IMG/VR virus record: IMGVR_UViG_3300022848_000005
Source: a virus
Lineage: Duplodnaviria; Caudoviricetes
Length of the DNA stretch: 64,000 bases
Direction: 5' to 3' (one strand)
Part shown: positions 19,319 to 29,635 of the stretch, piece by piece
Layout: every line of letters begins with the position of its first letter
How positions within the stretch are numbered: the stretch's first letter is position 1
The notes under the pieces: generated by a model
What the model was told of the DNA's origin: nothing
What the model saw: only the letters and a program-made list of their open reading frames with translations
The model's database searches: none
Program-made: the position numbers and the translations under genes

Positions 19319-20902
19319 GTGGCAATTTTACAAATATCTCGAATACAACACAGACGTGGAACATCAGATAACCTACCGCAGTTATCAGCGGCAGAACTTG
19401 GCTGGTCGGTAGACAACAGAAGGTTATACATTGGTAACGGCACACTTGAAGAGGGTGCGCCTGCACTAGGCAACACACAGATCCTGACAGAGTTTAGTGA
19501 TTTACTAAACACGAGCCAAGTGTACACTTATGTGGGCGAACAGTCTGGTTACGTAGTAACAACAGGCACAAGTTCAAGCACCCCTGTTGAGAGATCACTA
19601 CAGAAAAAGTTTGATGACTTTATAAATGTTAGAGACTTTGGCGCAGTGGGTGATGGTGAGTCAGACGACACAGCCGCTATTAATAGAGCACTCTTTCAGT
19701 TGTATTGTAGAGAAGTTAACGAAGAAATCCGCAGATCTCTTTACTTTCCAGCAGGGATTTATAAAATTACAGGCGATGTAATTAAGATTCCTACTTACGC
19801 TAAACTAATCGGCGAAGGCGCAGAAAGCACAATCTTTAAGCAAACAGATTCAGGACAATCTTATGTGTTTAAGACGGCAGATAGTTTACAACAAATAGAT
19901 GCCAGTATTGCAACTAATGCAGCCACAAGACCAGAATTTATTGAAGTGTCTGGGTGTACATTCTGGAACAGCACAACTGAACACGTTGGTTTAGTTTCCT
20001 CTGCCCAGCACATACATTTTGATGATGTTAAATTTAAAGGCAATCTAACGTTGCCAATATCAGTTAGTGACGCAAAGGCATGCCTTCAGATAGAATCAAC
20101 AGCAGTATTAGTTACAGAGCACGTTACATTTGATAATTGCTACTTTACAAACAACACATTTGGTATTGAGGTAGACTACAATTGTAGAAACGTTGTTGTG
20201 CAGAATAGTTACTTCGACGAACTCTATAAAGGAGTTAAGTTGGGCGAAAGTCTAACAGGATCTTCTCCCCAGGACGAAGGACCACGTGGTTTTAAAGTAA
20301 CAGGTAGTTACTTTGATAGAATTGCTAACATGGGTATTCACACATATTCCTCTATTAAACACGTAGTGTCTGCTTACAACTATTTTTACGAGGTAGGTAA
20401 CAACTTTAACGGTGCTGGTAACCAGGCTGCTCCAGTAATATTCTTTGCAAGCGGTGGTAACTTTAGTATAGGTGATGCATTCGAACGTAACGACACAGAC
20501 GATTTAGATCAGCCTAGAATTAGTATAGCCAATGTTTCTAATTATGGCCAGGTTGCTGGCAATAGCATCCAATATGGTGCGCATAGACAGGAAGCAGGTC
20601 TGTCAGTAACTCTTAATGATAATCAGTCAACAACGTTAACAGGCATTACACTTGCAGACAACAAATATACACACGGTGCTATTATTGACTACAGCATTGT
20701 TCGTGCAACAACTTTTAGAACAGGAACATTACACATAGCCCATGGCACAACTGTTGGTTACAGCGAGGATTTTTCAGAAGATTCTGCAACTGGTGTAACA
20801 CTCACTGTTACATTTGCTACCAACACAAGTACCATTAACTATGCAACAACATCAACCGGCAGTAACGCCACAATGAAATATTCAATTAGATACCTATATT
20901 AA
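19319..20902 (+). CDS. Tail fibre/spike with pectate-lyase-like beta-helix
   Basis: N-terminal QHRRG...LPQL..AELGW; INVRDFGAVGDGESDDTAAI; N/F-rich beta-helix repeats. Confidence 0.75.
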   Translation: MAILQISRIQHRRGTSDNLPQLSAAELGWSVDNRRLYIGNGTLEEGAPALGNTQILTEFSDLLNTSQVYTYVGEQSGYVVTTGTSSSTPVERSLQKKFDDFINVRDFGAVGDGESDDTAAINRALFQLYCREVNEEIRRSLYFPAGIYKITGDVIKIPTYAKLIGEGAESTIFKQTDSGQSYVFKTADSLQQIDASIATNAATRPEFIEVSGCTFWNSTTEHVGLVSSAQHIHFDDVKFKGNLTLPISVSDAKACLQIESTAVLVTEHVTFDNCYFTNNTFGIEVDYNCRNVVVQNSYFDELYKGVKLGESLTGSSPQDEGPRGFKVTGSYFDRIANMGIHTYSSIKHVVSAYNYFYEVGNNFNGAGNQAAPVIFFASGGNFSIGDAFERNDTDDLDQPRISIANVSNYGQVAGNSIQYGAHRQEAGLSVTLNDNQSTTLTGITLADNKYTHGAIIDYSIVRATTFRTGTLHIAHGTTVGYSEDFSEDSATGVTLTVTFATNTSTINYATTSTGSNATMKYSIRYLY

Positions 20903-20911
20903 TAGATCAAA

Positions 20912-21457
20912 ATGATCTGGCAGCACCAAAAAATTTCAGAGTGCGTGAGTGATCTTCCTTTAGGCGCAAGATTCAAAAGAAAACATTTGATGATGCACTA
21001 CGGAAAACAGTCAGCCTATGGTCATATGCTCCTATAATAAACACCTGTATGGACTTTACGGGTCATAAGTCCTGGCCTGATCCCTGGGAACTATTAGAGG
21101 ACTCTGGCTATGATGAATTTGCTAAAGCTCTTGGTATGCTGTATACTTTGTTTTTAAGTGGACACGATGATCATAGCAGCTATGTTATAATAATATTACT
21201 TAATTGGGTTATAGTAACATTTAAGCCGCATCTTTTGGATAGTATCCAAAAAAACTTGTATATAACCCACTATGTATTATTAATAGGGTTAAACAGGGAC
21301 CAGGGAAAATATTACTATATAGTATCTGTCAGACGATGGAAAATATATACTTAATTATGAGTGGGACAGTGTAGTAAATACTCAACAAATAGATCCAGGG
21401 GTTAAAATAATGTACCAATACACTCCTCAAGATTTACATTTAGACCAATATATGTGA
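20912..21457 (+). pseudogene. Disrupted phage gene (two frameshifts, an internal TGA and a 90-bp insertion)
   Basis: Coding pieces in three frames: MIWQHQK / NFRVRE*SSFRRK...YIVSV / DDGKYILNYEW...DQYM*. Confidence 0.6.
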
Positions 21458-21464
21458 GGCATCA

Positions 21465-23759
21465 ATGAGCAAAATTTTAGTAACGAAACGAGAAGGTCAC
21501 AAAGAACCTCTAAACATAGAAAAAATGCATAAAGTTGTCATGTGGGCAACCGACGGAATTACAGGCGTAAGTGCCAGCGAAGTGGAAATAAAATCAAGCC
21601 TACAGTTTTATGATGGTATTAAGACATCAGATGTCCAGGAAACACTTATTAAAAGTGCCGCTGATCTTATTTCAGAGGAGAACCCTAACTACCAGTATGT
21701 TGCTGGTAGGCTAATAAACTATCATATCAGAAAACAAGTTTATAACGATTACGATCCCTGGGACCTAAAGCGTATTGTGGAAGCAAACGTGAAACGTGGC
21801 TATTATGATAGTGAATTGTTAGAGGTATACTCAACTGAAGAATGGAAAAAGTTAAACAGTTACATTAATCACGAGCGAGATGAAAACTTTACCTATGTTG
21901 CTATGGAACAGTTTAGGGGAAAATATCTTGTACAGAATCGTGTAACTAAAGATTTGTACGAAACTCCACAAGTGTGTTACATGTTAATTGCGGCAACCCT
22001 GTTCCAAAACTATCCTAAAGAAACAAGATTACAATGGGTACATGATTATTACGATGCTATTAGTACCCACTTGATTAGTTTACCAACTCCTGTTATGGCA
22101 GGTGTACGCACACCGCAAAAACAATTCAGCAGTTGTGTATTAATCGAAACAGATGACAGTCTAGATAGTATTAATGCAACAGCGAGTGCTATTGTAAAAT
22201 ATGTTTCGCAAAAGGCAGGTATTGGCATCGGCGCAGGTCGCATCCGTGCTATTAACTCACCAGTGCGTAATGGTGATGCGTCCCACACAGGTGTTATCCC
22301 GTTTCTTAAATTATTCCAGAGTGCAGTGAAGTCATGTAGTCAGGGCGGGGTTCGTGGTGGAGCGGCAACAATATACTATCCATTATGGCACCTAGAAGTA
22401 GAAGATTTGTTAGTATTAAAGAACAACAAAGGCACAGAAGATAACAGAGTACGCCACATGGATTATGGGGTTCAATTTAACAAATTAATGTACGAAAGAC
22501 TTATCCAAGGGGGAGATATTACCCTGTTTTCGCCCAACGATGTACCGGAATTGTACGAAGCATTCTATGTTAACGCCGACAAGTTTAAAGAGTTGTATGA
22601 GCAAGCAGAGCGTAAAACAAGTATACGCAAAAAGAAAGTTAAAGCAATTGATCTGTTTACTGCCTTTATGCAAGAACGCAAGGATACAGGGCGTGTCTAC
22701 TTAATGAACGTTGACCATGCTAATACACACTCACCGTTTAAACCAGATGTAGCACCTATTAGGCAGAGTAACTTATGTTGCGAAATTGACTTGCCTACTA
22801 AACCTCTTAAAAGTTTTGAGGATCCAGACGGTAGAATAGCATTATGTACACTAAGTGCAATTAACTGGGGTGCTATTAAGACACCTGAAGATTTTGAGAA
22901 ACCCTGTAGGTTAGCAGTACGTGGATTAGATGCCTTACTGAGCTATCAGGGATATCCAGTAAAGGCGGCAGAAGAAGCAACCCGAGAATACAGACCACTA
23001 GGTGTGGGTATTATTAATCTTGCTTACTGGTTAGCAAAGAACGACACGAGCTACAGTGATCCTCGAGCATTGGAATTAGTAGATCAATATGCAGAAGCAT
23101 GGAGTTACTATTTAATTAGAGCAAGCATGGAACTTGCTAAAGAATTTGGTCGATGTGATGGGTTCCAAAACTTAAAGTATGCAGATGGCATACTACCAAT
23201 CGATACTTACAAACGTGATGTGGATGAACTTGTTAAGCCCAAAAAACGACAGTTTGATTGGGACTACTTGCGCAAAGAGATTAAAGAACATGGTATACGT
23301 AATGCAACCCTAATGGCATTGATGCCTGCAGAAACGAGTGCTCAGATTAGTAATGCTACTAATGGTATTGAGCCACCACGTAGTTTTGTTAGCGTTAAGC
23401 AGAGCAAGGACGGGGTACTTAAGCAGGTAGTGCCTGAGTATCGTCGACTTAAGAATAAATATGAATTGCTGTGGGATCAAAGAGATCCAACTGGTTACAT
23501 AAAAATCATGGCAGTATTACAGAAGTACATCGATCAAGGTATTAGTGTTAACACCAGTTACAATCCACAGTGGTATGAAGATGAAAAGATACCAATGAGT
23601 GATATGCTAAAACATCTTATGATGTTTTATAAGTACGGTGGCAAGCAGTTGTATTACTTCAACACCTATGATGGTCAAGGTGAAATAGATGTTAATAAAC
23701 TAGAAGAACTACAACCTGGTGAGTTAGATGACGAAGCCTGCGAAAGTTGCGTAATATAA
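21465..23759 (+). CDS. nrdA: Ribonucleotide reductase class Ia, alpha subunit
   Basis: ATP cone VTKREG, FSSCVL, QSNLCCEI, MPAETS, C-terminal CESC. Confidence 0.97.
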   Translation: MSKILVTKREGHKEPLNIEKMHKVVMWATDGITGVSASEVEIKSSLQFYDGIKTSDVQETLIKSAADLISEENPNYQYVAGRLINYHIRKQVYNDYDPWDLKRIVEANVKRGYYDSELLEVYSTEEWKKLNSYINHERDENFTYVAMEQFRGKYLVQNRVTKDLYETPQVCYMLIAATLFQNYPKETRLQWVHDYYDAISTHLISLPTPVMAGVRTPQKQFSSCVLIETDDSLDSINATASAIVKYVSQKAGIGIGAGRIRAINSPVRNGDASHTGVIPFLKLFQSAVKSCSQGGVRGGAATIYYPLWHLEVEDLLVLKNNKGTEDNRVRHMDYGVQFNKLMYERLIQGGDITLFSPNDVPELYEAFYVNADKFKELYEQAERKTSIRKKKVKAIDLFTAFMQERKDTGRVYLMNVDHANTHSPFKPDVAPIRQSNLCCEIDLPTKPLKSFEDPDGRIALCTLSAINWGAIKTPEDFEKPCRLAVRGLDALLSYQGYPVKAAEEATREYRPLGVGIINLAYWLAKNDTSYSDPRALELVDQYAEAWSYYLIRASMELAKEFGRCDGFQNLKYADGILPIDTYKRDVDELVKPKKRQFDWDYLRKEIKEHGIRNATLMALMPAETSAQISNATNGIEPPRSFVSVKQSKDGVLKQVVPEYRRLKNKYELLWDQRDPTGYIKIMAVLQKYIDQGISVNTSYNPQWYEDEKIPMSDMLKHLMMFYKYGGKQLYYFNTYDGQGEIDVNKLEELQPGELDDEACESCVI

Positions 23760-23772
23760 CCCGAGTGTAATT

Positions 23773-24903
23773 ATGAGCGTTTTTAATATACAGAAAAAAG
23801 ATAACCACCTTAAGGCTTTGGCATTCTTAGACCCCAACGGTGGCAGTAGTGTGCAACGATATGACACCGTAAAATATAGACAGTTTGAAAAGTTAACTGA
23901 TAAGCAGTTAGGGTTCTTCTGGCGCCCAGAAGAAGTTGATGTAATGCGTGACTCCAAAGACTTTAAAGACTTAACATCACACGAGCAACACATCTTTACC
24001 AGTAATCTTAAGAGGCAAATTTTATTAGACAGTGTTCAAGGACGCTCTCCTAATTTAGCATTCCTGCCACTATGCACAATTCCAGAACTTGAAACCTGGA
24101 TCCAGACATGGGCGTTTAACGAAACAATTCACAGCCGTAGTTACACACATATTATTCGCAATGTGTACAGCGATCCTGCGAAAGTGTTTGATAGTATAAC
24201 TGACATTAAGGAGATTGTGACCTGCGCAGAAGCAATTACAGGTTACTACGATGACCTTATTAACTACTCACAGTTTTATGGTTTACTGGGAGAAGGAAAC
24301 CATATTGTTAATGGTAAGAAATATGACATTAACAAGTATGAACTTAAGAAGAAACTATGGTTAGCCATTAACAGTGTTAATGCGCTGGAAGGCATACGCT
24401 TCTATGTATCGTTTGCATGCAGTTGGGCATTTGCTGAACTTAAAAAGATGGAAGGTAATGCTAAAATTATTAAGTTTATCGCCCGTGATGAGAATGTCCA
24501 CTTGGCAAGTACACAGACTTTACTTAAGATATTGCCTACAGATGACAAAGACTTTGCTAAAATTAAAAAAGAGTGTGAGCATCTAGTAACAGATATTTTT
24601 GTTAGTGCAGTGGAACAAGAGACTTCCTGGGCAGAATATTTGTTTAAAGACGGATCAATGATAGGTCTTAATAAACAACTACTAACAGAATATGTTGAGT
24701 GGTTGGCAAACAAACGCATGACTTCTATTGGTGTATATTCACCATACAAAGTAGGACAAAGTAATCCTTTACCTTGGACACAAAAATGGATTGCAGGAGC
24801 AGAAGTACAAGTAGCACCGCAAGAAGTTGAACTGAGTAGTTATGTTATTGGTGGTACTAAACAAGACGTTGACGAAGATACCTTTAAGGGCATAACTCTG
24901 TGA
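23773..24903 (+). CDS. nrdB: Ribonucleotide reductase class Ia, beta subunit
   Basis: FFWRPEE, ETIHSRSY, EGIRFY, DENVH, APQEVE. Confidence 0.97.
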   Translation: MSVFNIQKKDNHLKALAFLDPNGGSSVQRYDTVKYRQFEKLTDKQLGFFWRPEEVDVMRDSKDFKDLTSHEQHIFTSNLKRQILLDSVQGRSPNLAFLPLCTIPELETWIQTWAFNETIHSRSYTHIIRNVYSDPAKVFDSITDIKEIVTCAEAITGYYDDLINYSQFYGLLGEGNHIVNGKKYDINKYELKKKLWLAINSVNALEGIRFYVSFACSWAFAELKKMEGNAKIIKFIARDENVHLASTQTLLKILPTDDKDFAKIKKECEHLVTDIFVSAVEQETSWAEYLFKDGSMIGLNKQLLTEYVEWLANKRMTSIGVYSPYKVGQSNPLPWTQKWIAGAEVQVAPQEVELSSYVIGGTKQDVDEDTFKGITL

Positions 24904-25766
24904 AGGTTGCTCGAGCGTTATTTGTTGCGTGGTATAGGATACCACACGCTTGTCTAAGTCTACAGTTTGATCACTATATCAAAGGTATAGATGAAACATA
25001 CATATTCACAAATTGTGAAAATACTGAGGCTAACCCATTCTTAGATAGAGTTTTATCCAAGTATCTAGACACATCAAAATTTAAATATGTGTTTGATGGC
25101 GAAATGGATAGTCTATATCCCAGTGTGCGTAACTGGTGGATACCTGGTGATTATAGGAACAGTTGGTTGTACCAACAAGCATTAAAACTTGCCAGTTTAG
25201 ATTACATAGATGCAGACGTAATCCTTATACAAGATCCAGATACATTCTGTATTAATCCATATAACTTGTGGGAAGGTGACCTACTTAAGTATTTTATACT
25301 ACCCAACGAGACTCACAGTCTTGCTTACTACCAAACACTGCAAAATGCATTAGGTATTGAGAGACAAGTGCCACACAGTTTTGTTACAGAATTCATGCCA
25401 GTATATAAAGAGGACTGGCTAAGTCTCAAGCATGAGCTCATAGCAAGAAATAACTGCGATCCGTTTGATGCGATAATTAATAATGTTCCTGAGGATCCAC
25501 TCAGTGTTCCTACTCCAAACATAAAATGGTTTAGTGAGTATGAGCTACTGGGTAACTGGATTATGACACAACGTGAAGTTGCTCTAATGGAACAAAAACG
25601 TTATAGTTACACACATATAGACGATATTGCTAACACAACAGCGGAAGATCACAATTGTATATGTGATGCTTGTCCAAATTTAGAAGACAGTATCGTATTT
25701 GACAATAACGAAGAAATAGTCATAAATTTTGATGAAATATTTGGAAAGGTTAAAAAATTCTTATGA
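24900..25766 (+). CDS. Glycosyltransferase-like protein (DUF6492-like)
   Basis: WLYQQALKL, IQDPDTF, FSEYELLGNW. Confidence 0.5.
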   Translation: MKVARALFVAWYRIPHACLSLQFDHYIKGIDETYIFTNCENTEANPFLDRVLSKYLDTSKFKYVFDGEMDSLYPSVRNWWIPGDYRNSWLYQQALKLASLDYIDADVILIQDPDTFCINPYNLWEGDLLKYFILPNETHSLAYYQTLQNALGIERQVPHSFVTEFMPVYKEDWLSLKHELIARNNCDPFDAIINNVPEDPLSVPTPNIKWFSEYELLGNWIMTQREVALMEQKRYSYTHIDDIANTTAEDHNCICDACPNLEDSIVFDNNEEIVINFDEIFGKVKKFL

Positions 25767-26023
25767 TAACAATGTACACAAAAGATCATTGCCCTTTTTG
25801 TCAGTATGCGAAAGCCTGGCTAGAGAAGGCAGATATCACATTCGAAGAGAAAAATATTAGTCATAGTCAAGAACTAAGTTCTTGGTTAAAGGAACAGGGC
25901 CATAGAACAGTGCCACAACTATACGTAAAAGATACATTGCTGGTAGAAGGTGGTTACCAAGGACTAGCAAAGTTAGATGAAAACACAGTTAAACAGAAAA
26001 TTAAGGAAATAAATGCTAATTAA
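25763..26023 (+). CDS. Glutaredoxin
   Basis: CPFC, HRTVPQ, GGY; follows nrdAB. Confidence 0.9.
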   Translation: MITMYTKDHCPFCQYAKAWLEKADITFEEKNISHSQELSSWLKEQGHRTVPQLYVKDTLLVEGGYQGLAKLDENTVKQKIKEINAN

Positions 26024-26312
26024 TACGCCAGAATATAACAAAGGTGACATCGCTACATTTATGTTAGTTACCGGTCAGGAATGCATCGCACGAGTAGAAG
26101 AGTGCCAGGACGACGGATTTTTAGTAGCAAAACCACTGACCTTAATGCCTAGCGGGCAAGGGATGGCTATGGTACAATTGGGTATGACAGCGCAAATAAA
26201 TACAGTAGTGCTAAAGAATCAGCATATTGTGTTTCATGGACCAACAGCCAAAGAAGCCGCTGACGGATATTTACAAAGCACCTCGGGTATACAAATAGTT
26301 AAAGGAGTATAG
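26013..26312 (+). CDS. Hypothetical protein (Sm-like beta fold possible)
   Basis: 99-aa beta-rich ORF. Confidence 0.5.
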   Translation: MLINTPEYNKGDIATFMLVTGQECIARVEECQDDGFLVAKPLTLMPSGQGMAMVQLGMTAQINTVVLKNQHIVFHGPTAKEAADGYLQSTSGIQIVKGV

Positions 26313-26600
26313 ATGCCAGCAACATCTAGAAGGTCAGATGTTAATTCACACGGCGGCACAATTGTGGGTGTAGTGGTTGAATCTGTAATTGTTGAAGGAC
26401 AAGCCTGTGCAGTTATAGGATCTACATTAACACCTGATTCTCTATGCCCACCAGTCGGTGGCGCCCATTGTGGTCCTGTGGTTGTATCAGGTAGTGGCAC
26501 AGTAAATGCAGGCGGCCGACCGGTAACAAGAATAGGTGATTCGAATAACTGTGGTGCATCAAATGCAAGTGGTGCGGGCTCAGTAATTACAGGCGGATAA
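26313..26600 (+). CDS. PAAR spike-tip protein
   Basis: MPATSRRSD, GQACAVIGS, H.C, GRPVTRIGD..NCG. Confidence 0.85.
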   Translation: MPATSRRSDVNSHGGTIVGVVVESVIVEGQACAVIGSTLTPDSLCPPVGGAHCGPVVVSGSGTVNAGGRPVTRIGDSNNCGASNASGAGSVITGG

Positions 26601-28259
26601 ATGACACAACCAAGCACATTAACAGCAACGCAAGGATTGTTAGCCGATGGCGGCTTAGACAATGCTTTTGTGAATACGCTGTTTGCTGCCATGTACAGTA
26701 CTGATATTATATCTAAAGCACAGGCGGCTATAACAGATGCTAATGCAGTGAGCGTAGATATAAGTGACCTAGGCAATAATATTATGCCAGGGCTAGTGGG
26801 AAATATACCAAGTGCATACACTACCGTAACACCCACAGGTAGTTTACGTACGGCATATTATAACCATGCTACAACACTATTTGCTTCAGGTGACATCTCA
26901 GGCTTTGGACAGTTTTTTATGCAAGCGTCTGGGTATGCAACTCAGTGCTTTCGCATAATCAAGGACGCAACAAAAAAGAATACAACTGATTTGTCTGACT
27001 ACGGCGCCAAGGTTTCAAAGCAAAGTGACATCAGTACAGGTGGATTAACTGGGTTTTTAACTGTGAACTCGCAAGAAAACTTAACAAAACTAGGCAATGA
27101 TTTTATTGCTATGGGAACTGTATTTGATTACAAGGATTTGGAGTTATACGGCACAGCAAGAGGATTAGCAAAACAATTAATAGACGCAGAATTGCCTCTG
27201 TCAGACCCAATTAAAACCTGGATATCTGGTCTTAATCTAGTTGATGAAATAGATTATTATGATGAACAATATGAAGACATACTCTATGATGTACTATCTC
27301 TGATAGCAATAGACTCCTCTTTTTATCAGACATTTCAGTACACTCCCAACGAACGATTGGAAAACGTAGTTGATGTATTGTTGCCTTCGACGGCTCTACG
27401 TACATCTTCAGATTTAGTAACATTTAGTAGTTTTACCGAAGTGGCACAAGCATTAAACACATTTACATTTTTAAAACTTCAAGATAATATTGCATTTGGA
27501 AACACCATTAGGCAAGTTACCACTTCAGGACCACTTGCTAATTTAGATGTTGTTACTACTCCTATACAAACAACAACTTTTACTGCCCTGTTAGCACAAC
27601 TAGGAACAGGTAGTGGGCTGTATGGACAACCAACTTTAAGAGATATTATAGGTCCTGTATCAGGCTGGCTACTTGAAGCACGTTTAACTCGTATTGCCAC
27701 CGCCTTAACTGTTATAAGTGCAAGCTCAGATGGACTTAATCTAATATCAGGATATGAGCGCATCACTAATGTAGCAACAGATGTATATGGGGAACCAGAC
27801 GGGTCAACACTGTCAGTAATAGTACCAGCAGGTGTTGGTGCAGGATCATATGGCTCTTATTCGGATGCTATAAGTGCTATCGAAACAGGGCTAGACGCCT
27901 ACTACAACAACTTGCGTTCTTTTCTTGCGATTGGCAGTCTGGAACTCAGAGAAGCCTGCGAAACTGTACACACAGATTACGATGCTATAGCAAAACAAGT
28001 TTCAGACTCAAAGTCATTATTGTCTAAAGCTGGTATAGATACAGCACAATTCTCATCAAATAAAAACACTATTCTTGCGTTTGCCGGGTCACTTGAATCT
28101 TTCGGTGTTGATCTTGATGATCTGGGAACTAGGGATATATTGTTAGGCATGGTCGAATCAAACATAACAGGTGATGCAATCAAATCAAGTGTATACTCTG
28201 GACAAAATCAGACAGTTCTGACGACTGCGGGCATAATACCAAACGCAATGCAAGGTTGA
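26601..28259 (+). CDS. Putative virion (tail/baseplate) protein
   Basis: 552 aa, A/T/S/G-rich, directly after PAAR. Confidence 0.5.
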   Translation: MTQPSTLTATQGLLADGGLDNAFVNTLFAAMYSTDIISKAQAAITDANAVSVDISDLGNNIMPGLVGNIPSAYTTVTPTGSLRTAYYNHATTLFASGDISGFGQFFMQASGYATQCFRIIKDATKKNTTDLSDYGAKVSKQSDISTGGLTGFLTVNSQENLTKLGNDFIAMGTVFDYKDLELYGTARGLAKQLIDAELPLSDPIKTWISGLNLVDEIDYYDEQYEDILYDVLSLIAIDSSFYQTFQYTPNERLENVVDVLLPSTALRTSSDLVTFSSFTEVAQALNTFTFLKLQDNIAFGNTIRQVTTSGPLANLDVVTTPIQTTTFTALLAQLGTGSGLYGQPTLRDIIGPVSGWLLEARLTRIATALTVISASSDGLNLISGYERITNVATDVYGEPDGSTLSVIVPAGVGAGSYGSYSDAISAIETGLDAYYNNLRSFLAIGSLELREACETVHTDYDAIAKQVSDSKSLLSKAGIDTAQFSSNKNTILAFAGSLESFGVDLDDLGTRDILLGMVESNITGDAIKSSVYSGQNQTVLTTAGIIPNAMQG

Positions 28260-28284
28260 CAAGCTAGCCGAGCGGTTATATAAT
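28256..28284 (+). promoter_or_regulatory. sigma70-type promoter
   Basis: TTGACA(28256)-17 bp-TATAAT(28279). Confidence 0.75.
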
Positions 28285-28314
28285 TACACTATATACTTAC
28301 AAAAGGATGCGGAG

Positions 28315-28875
28315 ATGAGGGTTTACGCTACACTTAGTGCAGGAATATTGAGTTTACTGGCTTTCTTAGTAGTAGTACAACAACAACAAGTACAGCATGT
28401 GGTATCACATGTACCGGTAGTCGACTTAAAGTATTATAACAAAGAGCAATTAGGGTGCCTCTACCAAAACATATACCACGAAGCACGTAATCAACCCAGA
28501 GCAGGGCAGTTGGCAGTAATGTATGTAACACTTAACCGTGTTACTGACCATCGGTATCCTAACACAATATGTGAAGTAGTGATGCAAGGTCCTCATCAAC
28601 CTAGTTGGAAAAGCATAAAAAAACTAGTACCCGTCAAACATCAGTGCCAATTTAGTTGGTACTGTGATGGCAAGTCAGATACATTAATTAATTCTGCATC
28701 ATTTGGTGCTATTAAGATGTTAGTGGGCGACGTATTATTGGGTAAAACACAGATGATAGACATAACTGACGGTGCAACCCATTACCATGCTACCTATGTG
28801 AGTCCATCGTGGGCCCGTACTATAACAAAGACGGTAGCAATCGAGGATCATATTTTTTACCGTTGGGAAAACTAG
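28315..28875 (+). CDS. Cell-wall hydrolase (SleB/Hydrolase_2)
   Basis: N-terminal signal/TM, CLYQNIYHEAR, CQFSW, GATHYHA, HIFY. Confidence 0.85.
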   Translation: MRVYATLSAGILSLLAFLVVVQQQQVQHVVSHVPVVDLKYYNKEQLGCLYQNIYHEARNQPRAGQLAVMYVTLNRVTDHRYPNTICEVVMQGPHQPSWKSIKKLVPVKHQCQFSWYCDGKSDTLINSASFGAIKMLVGDVLLGKTQMIDITDGATHYHATYVSPSWARTITKTVAIEDHIFYRWEN

Positions 28876-29138
28876 TACGTCAAAGTAAAGTACAAGATGT
28901 CGTCCTCATCATCTAAAAATATCAGGTATTCGCCCTGGGATCGCCAGGGAGTGTGTTGCCATGCCCAACGACCGTTGGCATGTTCCATAAACCATTTAAA
29001 GCACTTTATGGATTTTTCTTCGCCTTGTATTAAACGACAGAATCGGTAACCACCTTCGCTTGTTCTAATTCGGTGGTCTGCGAGATGCCCGGCACGTAAT
29101 GTGTTAAGTATTGACATATGAATAGAATGACTGTACAC
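28872..29138 (-). CDS. Hypothetical protein
   Basis: 88-aa ORF convergent with the hydrolase. Confidence 0.45.
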   Translation of the reverse strand: MYSHSIHMSILNTLRAGHLADHRIRTSEGGYRFCRLIQGEEKSIKCFKWFMEHANGRWAWQHTPWRSQGEYLIFLDDEDDILYFTLTY

Positions 29139-29170
29139 TATTTACATATAAAAACTATTAGAGGGGAAAA

Positions 29171-29314
29171 ATGACTTCAGTAATTAACAGGCTAAAAAAA
29201 CGTAATCCGTATGCAAAAGAATTGCTAAATCGGCAGGGTCCTTACAAGGCTAAAGTAGAGCAAGATCGTACCAAGCATACTCGTAAAACTAAGCATAAGA
29301 ACCAGGAGCTCTAA
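29171..29314 (+). CDS. ArfA-like (alternative ribosome rescue factor-like) basic peptide
   Basis: 47 aa, not in the ORF track; SD gagggg; RNPYAKELL...PYKAKVE...HTRKTKH. Confidence 0.5.
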   Translation: MTSVINRLKKRNPYAKELLNRQGPYKAKVEQDRTKHTRKTKHKNQEL

Positions 29315-29421
29315 TGTCAGATCAATGGGCATGTAGTGGTGGCAAAGAATCATGGGATGGACATCCATTGGTGTATATACCAAATGGTGAGTCTTGTCCT
29401 TACTGTGGAGAGAAAAAATGA
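29314..29421 (+). CDS. zf-CHCC-type zinc-finger microprotein
   Basis: 35 aa, not in the ORF track; C...GHPLVY...CPYC. Confidence 0.6.
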   Translation: MSDQWACSGGKESWDGHPLVYIPNGESCPYCGEKK

Positions 29422-29624
29422 CTGATAAAAAACTAGATGAAGATTGGGACGATGAAGAACTTGTAGACTTTGACGAAGAACTATTGCCAGGACTACAGGA
29501 CATGCTTGCCAGCATTGCGGCAAACACATACGATACTCACAAGAAGTTTTGGTATGCAGATAATATATCTCAAGAGCAACGAGACCTATACATGTATTTG
29601 CCAAGAAATCGACAAGAACATTAA
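29418..29624 (+). CDS. Small acidic hypothetical protein
   Basis: Start overlaps the previous stop (ATGA). Confidence 0.45.
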   Translation: MTDKKLDEDWDDEELVDFDEELLPGLQDMLASIAANTYDTHKKFWYADNISQEQRDLYMYLPRNRQEH

Positions 29625-29635
29625 ATACTCATACT

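Noticed and set aside
21465-24903. Inteins or introns in nrdA/nrdB (also checked in the helicase)
   Set aside because: The ORFs are continuous, of ordinary length, and show no splicing or homing-endonuclease motifs.
26234-26836. 200-aa minus-strand ORF
   Set aside because: It is antisense to the clear PAAR gene and its neighbours and has no motif of its own. The same applies to most short antisense ORFs in the track.
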